Shown one piece after another: positions 9,158 to 18,130 of a DNA stretch of 64,000 nucleotides. The DNA lies in contig NZ_JBFKMX010000001.1 of the NCBI RefSeq assembly GCF_041629635.1, positions 7,863 to 71,862 of the forward strand. Reading direction: 5' to 3'. A model generated the notes under the pieces. That model searched no databases. It had not been told where the DNA came from and worked only from the letters and a program-made list of their open reading frames with translations. A program made the position numbers and the translations under genes. How positions within the stretch are numbered: the first letter of the stretch is position 1; each line of letters opens with the position of its first letter. Source of the DNA: Pseudoalteromonas sp. (GTDB taxonomy: Bacteria > Pseudomonadota > Gammaproteobacteria > Enterobacterales > Alteromonadaceae).

Positions 9158-10000
9158 ATGGATAAGTTCTTGTCTCTTGTTTGCGCAATTGGCCTTTGTT
9201 CTGGTTGCTCTTCTTGGCCTGAAGAAGGACGAGGGGGCTGGGCAGAGATTTACCATCCGGATGCGCCAATCAGCACAAATGGATTTGAAAATGCACTACC
9301 ATTTCAAGTAATGAATGAGTTTGAACATTTATCGTTGAAGCTCGAATGGTTGAAAAATCGTGGTATTAAGCATTGCATGCCTGGCCAAGTTTACCAAGCA
9401 GAATTAATGTTGACACGAATTAATCGCACGCTTTCGGCAGAAATGTATGCTGAGGCTCAACTTGATCTCCGTTCGTTTTATCACCAATTACATCAACTGG
9501 AAAATCATTTTGAACGGGTAATTAGTAATACCCATTGCGTGAGTGAAAACAAAACAGATGACACAAAATTGATTAAGAAACTCGAAGAATTATTGAACAG
9601 TGATAATCAATTTGCTTTTGATAGTTTTGAAGTCACCCCTAAGTATCGTATTCGGTTAGCGCAAAGTGCTGAATTACTCAAAATGTCACCCGAAACTCAA
9701 GTGTTATTAGTCGGTCATACGGACATTAAAGGTAGCAAAATCAGCAATTTTGAACTTGCTTACAAACGGGCTGAAAGCGTGAAAAGTTGGTTGACCTTGT
9801 ATGGCGTAAGGCCCGAGCTTGTGAGCACATTGGCACAAGGCGCGCTGCTTCCATTTACAGATGAGGAAGAGAGTGCGCAGAAACAGCATTCAGATCGCCG
9901 AGTCAGTGCTTATATTTTATCTACATCATCAAGAGCGGCAGAGCTAACTAAGGTAAAGCCGCTTAGTGAATGGACAAGTAAACTAGAACAGCAGGAGTAA
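9158..10000 (+). CDS. OmpA-family lipoprotein (SypB-like)
   Basis: Lipobox LCSG-C; C-terminal OmpA domain FAFDS...VGHTD...NFELAYKRAESV...DRRV; start moved to ATG 9158 behind GAGG. Confidence 0.85.
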   Translation: MDKFLSLVCAIGLCSGCSSWPEEGRGGWAEIYHPDAPISTNGFENALPFQVMNEFEHLSLKLEWLKNRGIKHCMPGQVYQAELMLTRINRTLSAEMYAEAQLDLRSFYHQLHQLENHFERVISNTHCVSENKTDDTKLIKKLEELLNSDNQFAFDSFEVTPKYRIRLAQSAELLKMSPETQVLLVGHTDIKGSKISNFELAYKRAESVKSWLTLYGVRPELVSTLAQGALLPFTDEEESAQKQHSDRRVSAYILSTSSRAAELTKVKPLSEWTSKLEQQE

Positions 10001-10005
10001 TGATT

Positions 10006-12093
10006 ATGAAATCACTTATCTACCTAATATTACTCTTTTTCATAGCGACTGGGCTTGCAGATGAAAGCAACGAAGAATCGGTAATTGAAGTCGGTAATAA
10101 AGTGTATTTCAATGTTCCAGGTGAAGCTGAGTTCGATAATCCATTTGAAGTAGATGACAAAGGTTTTGTTGATTTACCTGAAATAGGTAAAGTTAAATTA
10201 GCAGGAAAAACACCGAAGCGAGCTGAAGCTGAAGTTAAAATGAAACTGGCAGGTGTTTATAAAGCTTTGAGTAAATTTTACTTAGAGGTACGTGCACGTG
10301 ACTTGTTAGTGACCGTACTTGGCTATGTAAATAACCCGTCTCAAGTGAGTATTCCAACGAATGGCAATATTCAAATGGTTATTGCCAAAGCTGATGGAAT
10401 TAAGCCAGGTGCACAGTTAAACAAACTGCAAATCCACCGTGATGGCACAACCCTTACATTTGATTACAAAGCGTATCTTGATAGCGGCGATTTAGCCTTA
10501 CTACCTAAACTACGCTCAGGAGATACAGTGTTTGTTCCAGTGTCACCACTACTAGGTAATGTGCAAGTTGATTTTGATTCACAAACACTCTCAAGTGCAG
10601 GTGATGCTTATGGTCAAACTCAAGCTGTAACCTTGTTTGGTGAATTACATAGTCCTGGCAGTTTTTCATATAAACCTGATATGAATATTATTGATGCATT
10701 AATGCGTGCAGATGGCGTAACGCGCTATGCGGATGTCACTAAGATCCGCGTTATCCAAAATAATCAGCCAACTATTTTTGATTTAAAACATTACTTAGAT
10801 TCAGGAGATACCAGTTTATTACCAAAAATAGATGCGGGAACGACCATTTTTGTGCCAATTATGGTCGATGATGTAAATACTACTGCACGAACAGTTTATG
10901 TTATGGGTGAGGTACATAATCCGGGAGCATTCGAAATAAGTAGCGATATAGGTTTTCTTGATATTTTAGCGAATGCAGGCGGTCCAACACGCTTTGCAGA
11001 AACTCGTCAGATCAAAATACTCACATCTGCAGGCAAGAATGTTCTCTTTGATTTACAAGCTTACAGCGAAGGATATAGCTCCATGTCAATCCCAAATATA
11101 GCCCCTGGAGATGTCATTTTTGTACCTGAAAAAACGGATTTAAATGAGAAGAGCTGGCTTAAGGTGGCGCCTACTCGTGCAGTAAAAATTATGGGAGCAA
11201 TTCATCATCCTGGGCGTTATGAGTGGAGTAATGAAATGGACTTTACTGATTTATTTGCTCATGCAGGCGGTCCGACAAAAAGTGCCAATGTAAATGACAT
11301 TAAGATTATTCGCCAAGGTCAGTTGTTGCAACGTTTTAGCTTAGATGAATATGCAAATAGTGAAGACAATAACTACCCATTACCAAATATCATTGCTGGC
11401 GATACGATTATTGTTGAAGAATTACCACATGATCCGAAAGACAATAAATCTCAGTGGGTTCGCCAAGACGCAAAAAGCTCAATTTACATACTTGGTCAAG
11501 TGGGAGCTCCAGGTCGCTATGCTTTTGATAAATCTCTTCATTTTTTAGATATTATCTCAGCGGCCGATGGTCCAACAAATGATGCAGACTTACGAAATAT
11601 CCGGATCACTCATCGTAATGGCACGCAATCTCGCGTGAGTAAACTCAATTTAGCACTTTACTTTGAAACAGGGGACGAAACACTATTTCCGCGCGTATTA
11701 CCTGGTGACACCATTTTTGTGCCAGAAAAAAGCAAAGACTGGTTGCGCCAACCTAAAGATCAAGTGGTGCGTATCATGGGGGCAATTAAGCAACCGGGCC
11801 GTTATAGCTTTGACGATTCAATGACCCTGCTTGATATATTAGCAGAGGCGGGTGGACCAACATCTAATGCTCTAATAAGTAAAATCGTTGTAATTAATCA
11901 TGGCTGTTGTAAGGAACAATCTCGTCGCTTTGATTTAGAGAAATTTATCAAGCAGCCAAATTCAGCCAATGTACCATTACTGAGAGCTGGTGACACTGTG
12001 TACATTCCAGACCAAGGGCAAGACTTCGCACAACGTGCAAAAGATTCATTGGTCGATATATTAACGATAATTGCACTGGCGGTGAGCCTATGA
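10006..12093 (+). CDS. Polysaccharide export protein with multiple SLBB domains (SypC/Wza-like)
   Basis: Signal peptide, Poly_export domain, repeated V-x-G-x-V-x-x-PG...AGGPT...GDTIFVP SLBB units. Confidence 0.9.
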   Translation: MKSLIYLILLFFIATGLADESNEESVIEVGNKVYFNVPGEAEFDNPFEVDDKGFVDLPEIGKVKLAGKTPKRAEAEVKMKLAGVYKALSKFYLEVRARDLLVTVLGYVNNPSQVSIPTNGNIQMVIAKADGIKPGAQLNKLQIHRDGTTLTFDYKAYLDSGDLALLPKLRSGDTVFVPVSPLLGNVQVDFDSQTLSSAGDAYGQTQAVTLFGELHSPGSFSYKPDMNIIDALMRADGVTRYADVTKIRVIQNNQPTIFDLKHYLDSGDTSLLPKIDAGTTIFVPIMVDDVNTTARTVYVMGEVHNPGAFEISSDIGFLDILANAGGPTRFAETRQIKILTSAGKNVLFDLQAYSEGYSSMSIPNIAPGDVIFVPEKTDLNEKSWLKVAPTRAVKIMGAIHHPGRYEWSNEMDFTDLFAHAGGPTKSANVNDIKIIRQGQLLQRFSLDEYANSEDNNYPLPNIIAGDTIIVEELPHDPKDNKSQWVRQDAKSSIYILGQVGAPGRYAFDKSLHFLDIISAADGPTNDADLRNIRITHRNGTQSRVSKLNLALYFETGDETLFPRVLPGDTIFVPEKSKDWLRQPKDQVVRIMGAIKQPGRYSFDDSMTLLDILAEAGGPTSNALISKIVVINHGCCKEQSRRFDLEKFIKQPNSANVPLLRAGDTVYIPDQGQDFAQRAKDSLVDILTIIALAVSL

Positions 12094-12800
12094 AAATTAT
12101 TCCCAAACAGTATCAAGAGTTAGAAGTTATTTTTGATGCAATTAATCGAGAAAATGCACGCTGTATTGCGTTTGCTTCTCCATATGGACACGCTGGGGCT
12201 ACCTCTCTCGCTGTAAGTGTGGCAAGGCGCTTAAGTGGTCGTAATGAACGAGTGTTAGTAATCGATTTAAATACTTTCCATCCAATGTCTGACAAGGACT
12301 TGATAAGCATGCCAAACTCTTTGGCAAAATGGTCTTTTGTTGATATTAGTTGCCAATTGAATGCGCAAGTGATTGATAATTTTTACTTCTTAAGTATTAC
12401 TCAGCTACAAGATTTGACCTTAGTACGTGAAAAGGATGTATTCAACACAGCCATTTTGATGCTAAAACAAGAGTTTGATTATATTTTGTTTGATATGTCA
12501 CCGATTTGTAAAAAGCATCATGCGAATTTTCCTCTGCATTTAATAATTTCGGTTACAGATTTACTGTTATTAGATATTTCGCTTGGTAAAACGACACAAG
12601 ACACGTTAGATGCTGTAATTAATGAACTAGAGCAAGTAAATTGTAAACGTTATGAAATCGTAGTAAGTCAGATCTTTATGCCTCCCTTAGGTGATTGTTT
12701 AATTAAGAGTATCAATAGGCGATGTTATAAACTACCAAAACTGAGGCAATTTTTAACTAATTTAGTTAACAAACAGCATTGGTTATTCACTGGAGTATAA
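12090..12800 (+). CDS. BY-kinase/ParA-like P-loop protein (SypD-like), Walker A lacks Lys
   Basis: ASPYGHAGATSLA, VLVIDLN, FDYILFDMSP. Confidence 0.7.
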   Translation: MKIIPKQYQELEVIFDAINRENARCIAFASPYGHAGATSLAVSVARRLSGRNERVLVIDLNTFHPMSDKDLISMPNSLAKWSFVDISCQLNAQVIDNFYFLSITQLQDLTLVREKDVFNTAILMLKQEFDYILFDMSPICKKHHANFPLHLIISVTDLLLLDISLGKTTQDTLDAVINELEQVNCKRYEIVVSQIFMPPLGDCLIKSINRRCYKLPKLRQFLTNLVNKQHWLFTGV

Positions 12801-12802
12801 CT

Positions 12803-14272
12803 ATGAATGTATTGTTTTATCGTCGTTTCAGTTTAATCTGGTCAACTTTACATTCGGTGCGAGAAACGCTATTGACGCTGTTGGCTAAACTCGATGTTGA
12901 AAGTGAAGAGATTGATAACACAGGCTTAGTAGTGACGGAATATCTGACGAATTTAATACGTCATAGTGAAGGAGAAGATCAGGCTGTGACGTTAGTGATT
13001 GGTCGTACTTTAAATGCTATCAGGATTGAACTTGTTGACCCAACAGACTACTTTCATCCTACATTGTCTCGGTCGCATGCTACAGATATTGTTGATGGTG
13101 AGCTGCGTGAGGGAGGAATGGGACTTGCCTTGATAGCTCATTACTTTCCTGACTTTAATTATGTTTCTGAAGAAGGAAAAAATCATTTTAGTTTTGCGTT
13201 GTCACTTAAAAAAATTAAAAATCGAATTGTAATAATTGATGATGAAAATGCTAGTTTACAGCTGATCAAAGCGTTTTTAGAAAATGAATATGAATGTCAT
13301 GCATTCACAGATGAGCATGATGCTTATCAGTATTTAATGTCACACAATGTTGACCTTTTACTTATTGATATGAACTTAAATGCAATGTTAGCTGATGAAT
13401 TTATATCTAACATTAAACAATTAGAGCATCTAAATAATATAGGTATAGTCGTGATTTCGGGTGATAGCAGCCGAGAAACTATGCTCAAAGCACATTTATG
13501 CGGAGTAGATGATTATTTGATAAAACCTGTTAAAAAACAGCAACTTGAATTAGTGTGTGAACGGGTTAAAAGTCGCTGTGTTTCACGTTCGGTTAGTAAT
13601 GCTTGCACGGGTAATTCGGGTAAAAATACGGTGATAAATTGCGGCCAATTTAAAGTTATCCCGTATGGGAATGTGGTAATAGGGAGCGGTGGTGATGTGT
13701 TAATTCATCACACTACGGATAACAAGAACATTGTTTTCTTTGGTGATGTGATGGGACATGGAGCAACGGCAAATCGTGTTGCATTACAACTCAAGGGGTT
13801 TATAAAAGGGTTATTACAGTCCTCTTACCATTCGCTTGACGTATTTGTTAACTTTTTTGCGACGAGCATAGTTCAACAAGACTTTATGCAGCAAAGCCTC
13901 GTTACCTTTATTGCATTGGAAATATCGGGGGATCAGATCCGACTTGTTAATGCAGGACACCCCCTTCCGATCGTAATATCCAAAATACAAGGAGTGCGAA
14001 GTGTGTGCACATCCCAGCCTTTAGTAGGGCTTGTTTCAAACTATGTATATCAAAGTGAATTGATCCCCTTCTTGACAGGAGAATCATTGCTCTTAGCGAC
14101 AGATGGTTTCTTTGAAAACCATGAAAATTATGATGAACTAACACAATTAGTGAATGCGGTATACAGTACTTCAAGTCTTGAAAACTTATCTGACACAAAT
14201 GACTTTTGGTACAAAAGTTTACCTAGATTATCAAAAGAAATTGACGATTCGTCTCTCCTGGTACTTAATTAG
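12803..14272 (+). CDS. RsbW-like Ser kinase / receiver / PP2C phosphatase protein (SypE-like)
   Basis: TEYLTNLIRH and EGGMGL (HATPase); IIDD..LLLID..IKP (REC); GGD, GDVMGHG, TDG, DD (PP2C); start at ATG 12803 behind GGAG. Confidence 0.85.
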   Translation: MNVLFYRRFSLIWSTLHSVRETLLTLLAKLDVESEEIDNTGLVVTEYLTNLIRHSEGEDQAVTLVIGRTLNAIRIELVDPTDYFHPTLSRSHATDIVDGELREGGMGLALIAHYFPDFNYVSEEGKNHFSFALSLKKIKNRIVIIDDENASLQLIKAFLENEYECHAFTDEHDAYQYLMSHNVDLLLIDMNLNAMLADEFISNIKQLEHLNNIGIVVISGDSSRETMLKAHLCGVDDYLIKPVKKQQLELVCERVKSRCVSRSVSNACTGNSGKNTVINCGQFKVIPYGNVVIGSGGDVLIHHTTDNKNIVFFGDVMGHGATANRVALQLKGFIKGLLQSSYHSLDVFVNFFATSIVQQDFMQQSLVTFIALEISGDQIRLVNAGHPLPIVISKIQGVRSVCTSQPLVGLVSNYVYQSELIPFLTGESLLLATDGFFENHENYDELTQLVNAVYSTSSLENLSDTNDFWYKSLPRLSKEIDDSSLLVLN

Positions 14273-14307
14273 AAAGGGATTTGTTAAATGTGATCAGGAG
14301 GTTGCCT

Positions 14308-15729
14308 ATGCCAAATAAGATTTTAATTGTTGAAGATACAGAATCACTTGCGCTTTTGTACCAGTCTTACCTGATCCCAACAGGCATGCACTCGGATATT
14401 GCGTTTACAGGGCAAGAAGCGCTTAATTATTTGGAAAAGAATAAACCCGATTTGATCATGCTGGATGTGATGCTACCGGACATGAGTGGCATGGATATTC
14501 TAGCACAGCTTTCCGTTAATGACCGTCCCAAAGTGGTGGTATTAACAGCTCATGCTAGTAAAGAAATGGCTGTTGATGCGATTCATTATGGTGCCGCAGA
14601 CTTTATTGAAAAACCCGTTGATGCAGAGCGCTTTCGTATTACTGTTAACAATGCTTTGAAACTCAATTCACTAAGTAAAACGGTAGAAAAATATCAATCT
14701 CGTTATGAAAATGGTCGCTTTTGTGAACTAATTGGCACTTCGGCACCGATGCAAACGGTATATCAAATCATTAGCAATTCAGCAAAAAGTAAAGCCACTG
14801 TGTTTATTACTGGTGAAAGTGGAACAGGTAAAGAGCTTTGTGCACGCGCAATTCACCAATGTAGTGACCGCAGTAAACACCCCTTTATAGCGATTAATTG
14901 TGCTGCAATCCCAAAAGATCTGATTGAAAGTGAAATATTTGGTCATGTAAAAGGCGCATTTACAGGAGCGACTAACAACCGTGAAGGTGCGGCAGGGATG
15001 GCTGATGGTGGTACGCTATTTCTTGATGAACTGTGTGAAATGGATTTAAACCTACAAAGTAAACTATTGCGCTTTATACAAACGGGTTGTTTCCAAAAAG
15101 TAGGTAGCGAACAACTGCAACAAGTGAATGTACGTTTTGTATGTGCGACTAACCGCGATCCATGGCAGGAGGTACAAGCTGGGCGCTTTAGAGAAGATTT
15201 ATATTATCGCTTATATGTTATACCTGTGCAGTTGCCTCCGTTGCGCCAACGGGGTCGGGATGTCATTCAAATTGCAGAAGCGTTATTTGCACGTATTGCA
15301 AAAGAAGAAGGGCAAGCGTTTGATGGATTAAGTGATGATGCAAAACAACACCTAATGTCTTATAGTTGGCCTGGAAATGTGCGTCAACTGGAAAATATGA
15401 TTCGTAATACGGTGGTGTTGAATAATACCGCATGGATAGAAAAACAGATGTTTCCCCCTTTTCCACAAAGTCACGTGTCGCAAGAACCCTTTATGGATGA
15501 GAGCATGAGTGTGTCTGAGCAACTATCTACGCCTAGTTTTGAAACCAATAATTTACTTAGAAGCTCAGATATAGAGCCTTTATGGCTAGTTGAAAAACGC
15601 TACATTGAAAAGGCAATAGCAGCGTGTAACGACAATGTACCAAAAGCAGCAGCATTATTAGATATCAGTCCATCTACAATCTACCGCAAAATGAAAACAT
15701 GGGAGCAAATGTCTGCACAGCTCTATTAG
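14308..15729 (+). CDS. luxO: sigma54-dependent response regulator, LuxO-like
   Basis: REC, GESGTGKE, GAFTGA, HTH; NCAAIPKDLIESE, DELCEMDLNLQSKLLRFIQTG, ATNRDPWQEVQAGRFREDLYYRLYVIP and ISPSTIYRK closely follow Vibrio LuxO as recalled; AGGAGG RBS. Confidence 0.8.
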   Translation: MPNKILIVEDTESLALLYQSYLIPTGMHSDIAFTGQEALNYLEKNKPDLIMLDVMLPDMSGMDILAQLSVNDRPKVVVLTAHASKEMAVDAIHYGAADFIEKPVDAERFRITVNNALKLNSLSKTVEKYQSRYENGRFCELIGTSAPMQTVYQIISNSAKSKATVFITGESGTGKELCARAIHQCSDRSKHPFIAINCAAIPKDLIESEIFGHVKGAFTGATNNREGAAGMADGGTLFLDELCEMDLNLQSKLLRFIQTGCFQKVGSEQLQQVNVRFVCATNRDPWQEVQAGRFREDLYYRLYVIPVQLPPLRQRGRDVIQIAEALFARIAKEEGQAFDGLSDDAKQHLMSYSWPGNVRQLENMIRNTVVLNNTAWIEKQMFPPFPQSHVSQEPFMDESMSVSEQLSTPSFETNNLLRSSDIEPLWLVEKRYIEKAIAACNDNVPKAAALLDISPSTIYRKMKTWEQMSAQLY

Positions 15730-16730
15730 TTTAAATAAAGTTTAATTAACTGAATATATTGTGATTTTCCTGCATAGAATTGATGAAGTTGGCTGGTTGC
15801 ATTTTTGACCAGATAATTACGCTCTTGCTGGCTCATTAAAAGCGCCTCTCTTAATTTACTCACCAATGCTTGGTGCGATTGGTCGTCCGTTAATAGTCCA
15901 GTGTGGTTGTTTATGATAACAGAATCGATAGCACCTACTGCATTTGCGATACATAACACTTTATTGTCAATAGCTTCAAGCAAGACCATAGGTAACCCTT
16001 CCTCTCTAGAACAAATTACTAATATATCAACGTGCTGCCATAATTTTTGAGTCGATTTATGACCATGAAAAAGCGTATTGTTCGAAGCTTTTTTTTGTAA
16101 CTCAGCGATCATAGGTCCATCGCCATAAAGGTGAAATTTAATGTTCTCTTGATGTTGAAAATGAGTGGCCAATTTAATAAAACGTTCGGGTGCTTTTTCA
16201 TATGCTAAACGTCCAACAAAAGCGATATTCAGTTGTTTTTCGGGCTCTTTTGGATGTGGGTTTTTAGGCAAGATAAAATTAGCAATAAACTGGCCATTTT
16301 TAACCTTACTTTTGAGTTGATTTGCCACGACTAAGTTTTTTGAAAAGCCGCTGGTTATTTGGTCGAGCCAATTATAGAGCCTTATTCTGCCCGAACCTTT
16401 TTCGCCAGCATGATAGGTGGAAATACAAGTGTGACCAGTTATTTTACATGTAAGTCTACCAATAATACCTGCTTTGTAACCATGGGTATGTAATACATAG
16501 TTGTCACTATGTTTGAGGAAATGAAAAAGATCTAATGCACTACCGCCTAAACATTGATAAGGGCAGTTAAGCTCTGTCAATAAATCATAGAGCTGATGAT
16601 TGAGATGATCTTGATAAAAAAGAACACTTGTAGGCACATGTTTCGATTGCATCAATTTAACTAATTCAATAATGTGCGATTCAATGCCGCCAAATAGGCT
16701 AGAATCTAGAAAGAGTACAAGATTTCGCAT
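15726..16730 (-). CDS. GT4 glycosyltransferase (SypH-like)
   Basis: FGGIESH, HTHGYKAG, FVGRLAYEKAP, SREEGLPMVLLEA; start moved to ATG 16730 behind AGGAG. Confidence 0.9.
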   Translation of the reverse strand: MRNLVLFLDSSLFGGIESHIIELVKLMQSKHVPTSVLFYQDHLNHQLYDLLTELNCPYQCLGGSALDLFHFLKHSDNYVLHTHGYKAGIIGRLTCKITGHTCISTYHAGEKGSGRIRLYNWLDQITSGFSKNLVVANQLKSKVKNGQFIANFILPKNPHPKEPEKQLNIAFVGRLAYEKAPERFIKLATHFQHQENIKFHLYGDGPMIAELQKKASNNTLFHGHKSTQKLWQHVDILVICSREEGLPMVLLEAIDNKVLCIANAVGAIDSVIINNHTGLLTDDQSHQALVSKLREALLMSQQERNYLVKNATSQLHQFYAGKSQYIQLIKLYLN

Positions 16731-16755
16731 ATTTATCTCCTCTAAAAGGAACCCT

Positions 16756-17073
16756 ATGTTTAACCAAACAACCATAAAACAACTGGAAGCCGATGTTGGC
16801 CAAGAAGTACTGATCAAACTTTTTGCCGTTTTTGCTCAAGAAGCGACAAAACTAACCGAGCAACTTATGGCTTGCACATCTCTTGATGAAGAATGTGTAC
16901 GTTTAAGCCATAGCCTTAAAAGCTGCGCTCGTTCCTATGGTGCGGATCAGCTAAGTGCTCTTGCTGAAACCCTTGAAAATCTTGCAAAAAATAACGATGC
17001 AAGCTTCTTTAATGAACGTGCGCTTTTAGGTGGCATACTGGATGCGACCATGTCTGCAATGCCAATGCTTTAA
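16756..17073 (+). CDS. luxU: Stand-alone Hpt phosphotransfer protein, LuxU-like
   Basis: SHSLKSCARSYGADQL Hpt motif; N-terminus FNQTTIKQLEADVG resembles Vibrio LuxU; AAGGA RBS before ATG 16756. Confidence 0.75.
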   Translation: MFNQTTIKQLEADVGQEVLIKLFAVFAQEATKLTEQLMACTSLDEECVRLSHSLKSCARSYGADQLSALAETLENLAKNNDASFFNERALLGGILDATMSAMPML

Positions 17074-17960
17074 TGCACTTTTGCATTTAGGCTTAAAGAG
17101 TGCTCATTAGTGTTGGGTAACCACTGTTCAATAATATGTTTAAGCTGAGATTTATTATGCTTTCCGATTGATTGTTCTTTTTCTATGGCGCGTAAATCCA
17201 TGGCCTCAAATGCATCTGGAGTGAGACATACATCAAAAAACTTGTAGCCTAAGATATGCATAGCCTGGTCAAGTTGCTCTGTGGCAGCAAGTTGGTCAAC
17301 AGGGCTATGTTCAGGCGTTAAGTTTTCAATAAAGATGCGACAACCAGTGGTATTACATAATGCTTTTTGAATATCCCATAACATTAAGGGCGGCATTACA
17401 CTGGTTAATAAACTACCAGGACCTAATAAGATTAAATCAGCACAGTTTATTGCCTCAATGGCTTGCTGGTTAGCACTGACCTGTTTGGATAAACGCATGT
17501 TATTAGGAAAATGACTAAGTGTGTCAATATTGCATTCACCAAAAACCTCCTCTCCTGTAGAGGTTGTAGCAACTAAATCAACAGGCGTATTTGTCATTGG
17601 CAAAATAGTATGTTCAACCCCTAACATGCTAGAGAAAATTTTAACTGCATCGTTTGCGTTGTGTGTAATTTGGCACAGTGCGCACAGTAGAATATTGCCA
17701 AAACTGTGACCCTTCAAATCATTGTCTAATTCAAAGCGTTGTTCGGACAAGATTGATAACATCTGGTCTTGGCAGGCTAACGCACTAACGCAACGGCGAA
17801 TATCACCTAAAGCAATTTGACTTGGGTCTTGACGCAAACGTCCGGTGCTGCCGCCGTTGTCAGTTGTAGTTACGATTGCTGTCAGTGCACAAGGTATGTT
17901 TTTTAAAGCGCTTAACACTTGCGATAGACCATGTCCCCCGCCAATACACACAATATTCAT
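17070..17960 (-). CDS. yvcK: YvcK/GlmR (CofD-like) UDP-binding protein
   Basis: IGGGHGL, TTTDNGGSTGRLR, GDIRRC, GHSFGNI, LGPGSLLTS; start moved to ATG 17960. Confidence 0.9.
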   Translation of the reverse strand: MNIVCIGGGHGLSQVLSALKNIPCALTAIVTTTDNGGSTGRLRQDPSQIALGDIRRCVSALACQDQMLSILSEQRFELDNDLKGHSFGNILLCALCQITHNANDAVKIFSSMLGVEHTILPMTNTPVDLVATTSTGEEVFGECNIDTLSHFPNNMRLSKQVSANQQAIEAINCADLILLGPGSLLTSVMPPLMLWDIQKALCNTTGCRIFIENLTPEHSPVDQLAATEQLDQAMHILGYKFFDVCLTPDAFEAMDLRAIEKEQSIGKHNKSQLKHIIEQWLPNTNEHSLSLNAKVH

Positions 17961-17994
17961 ATTTCGCCCCCCCATCGGTGTGTATTGAAAAGGA

Positions 17995-18010
17995 TTCAAA
18001 TTGTGTACCA
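17995..18010 (-). promoter_or_regulatory. Putative sigma54 promoter of yvcK with variant -12
   Basis: Minus strand TGGTAC-ACAAT-TTGAA, GG-N10-GA. Confidence 0.5.
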
Positions 18011-18051
18011 AGATATAAAACGCGAAAACTAGGGAAAACATTAATTTTTAT

Positions 18052-18064
18052 TTGCATTTTGCAA
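18052..18064. promoter_or_regulatory. LuxO-type enhancer box between yvcK and the hybrid kinase
   Basis: Perfect TTGCA-TTT-TGCAA; reverse complement shares the 16-mer GCATTGCAAAATGCAA with 8670-8685. Confidence 0.75.
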
Positions 18065-18130
18065 TGCAGCTTGCGGGGTCATTCGCTAAACTTAATTTTA
18101 ACCTTCGACCAAAACTCACAAAGAGGTGTC

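Noticed and set aside
16726-16741. GG-N10-GC on the minus strand at the GT start
   Set aside because: It is the RBS plus start codon (AGGAGATAAATATGCG).
17876-18130. 85-codon upstream extension of the hybrid kinase ORF
   Set aside because: Overlaps yvcK and its regulatory region; a good RBS precedes ATG 18131.
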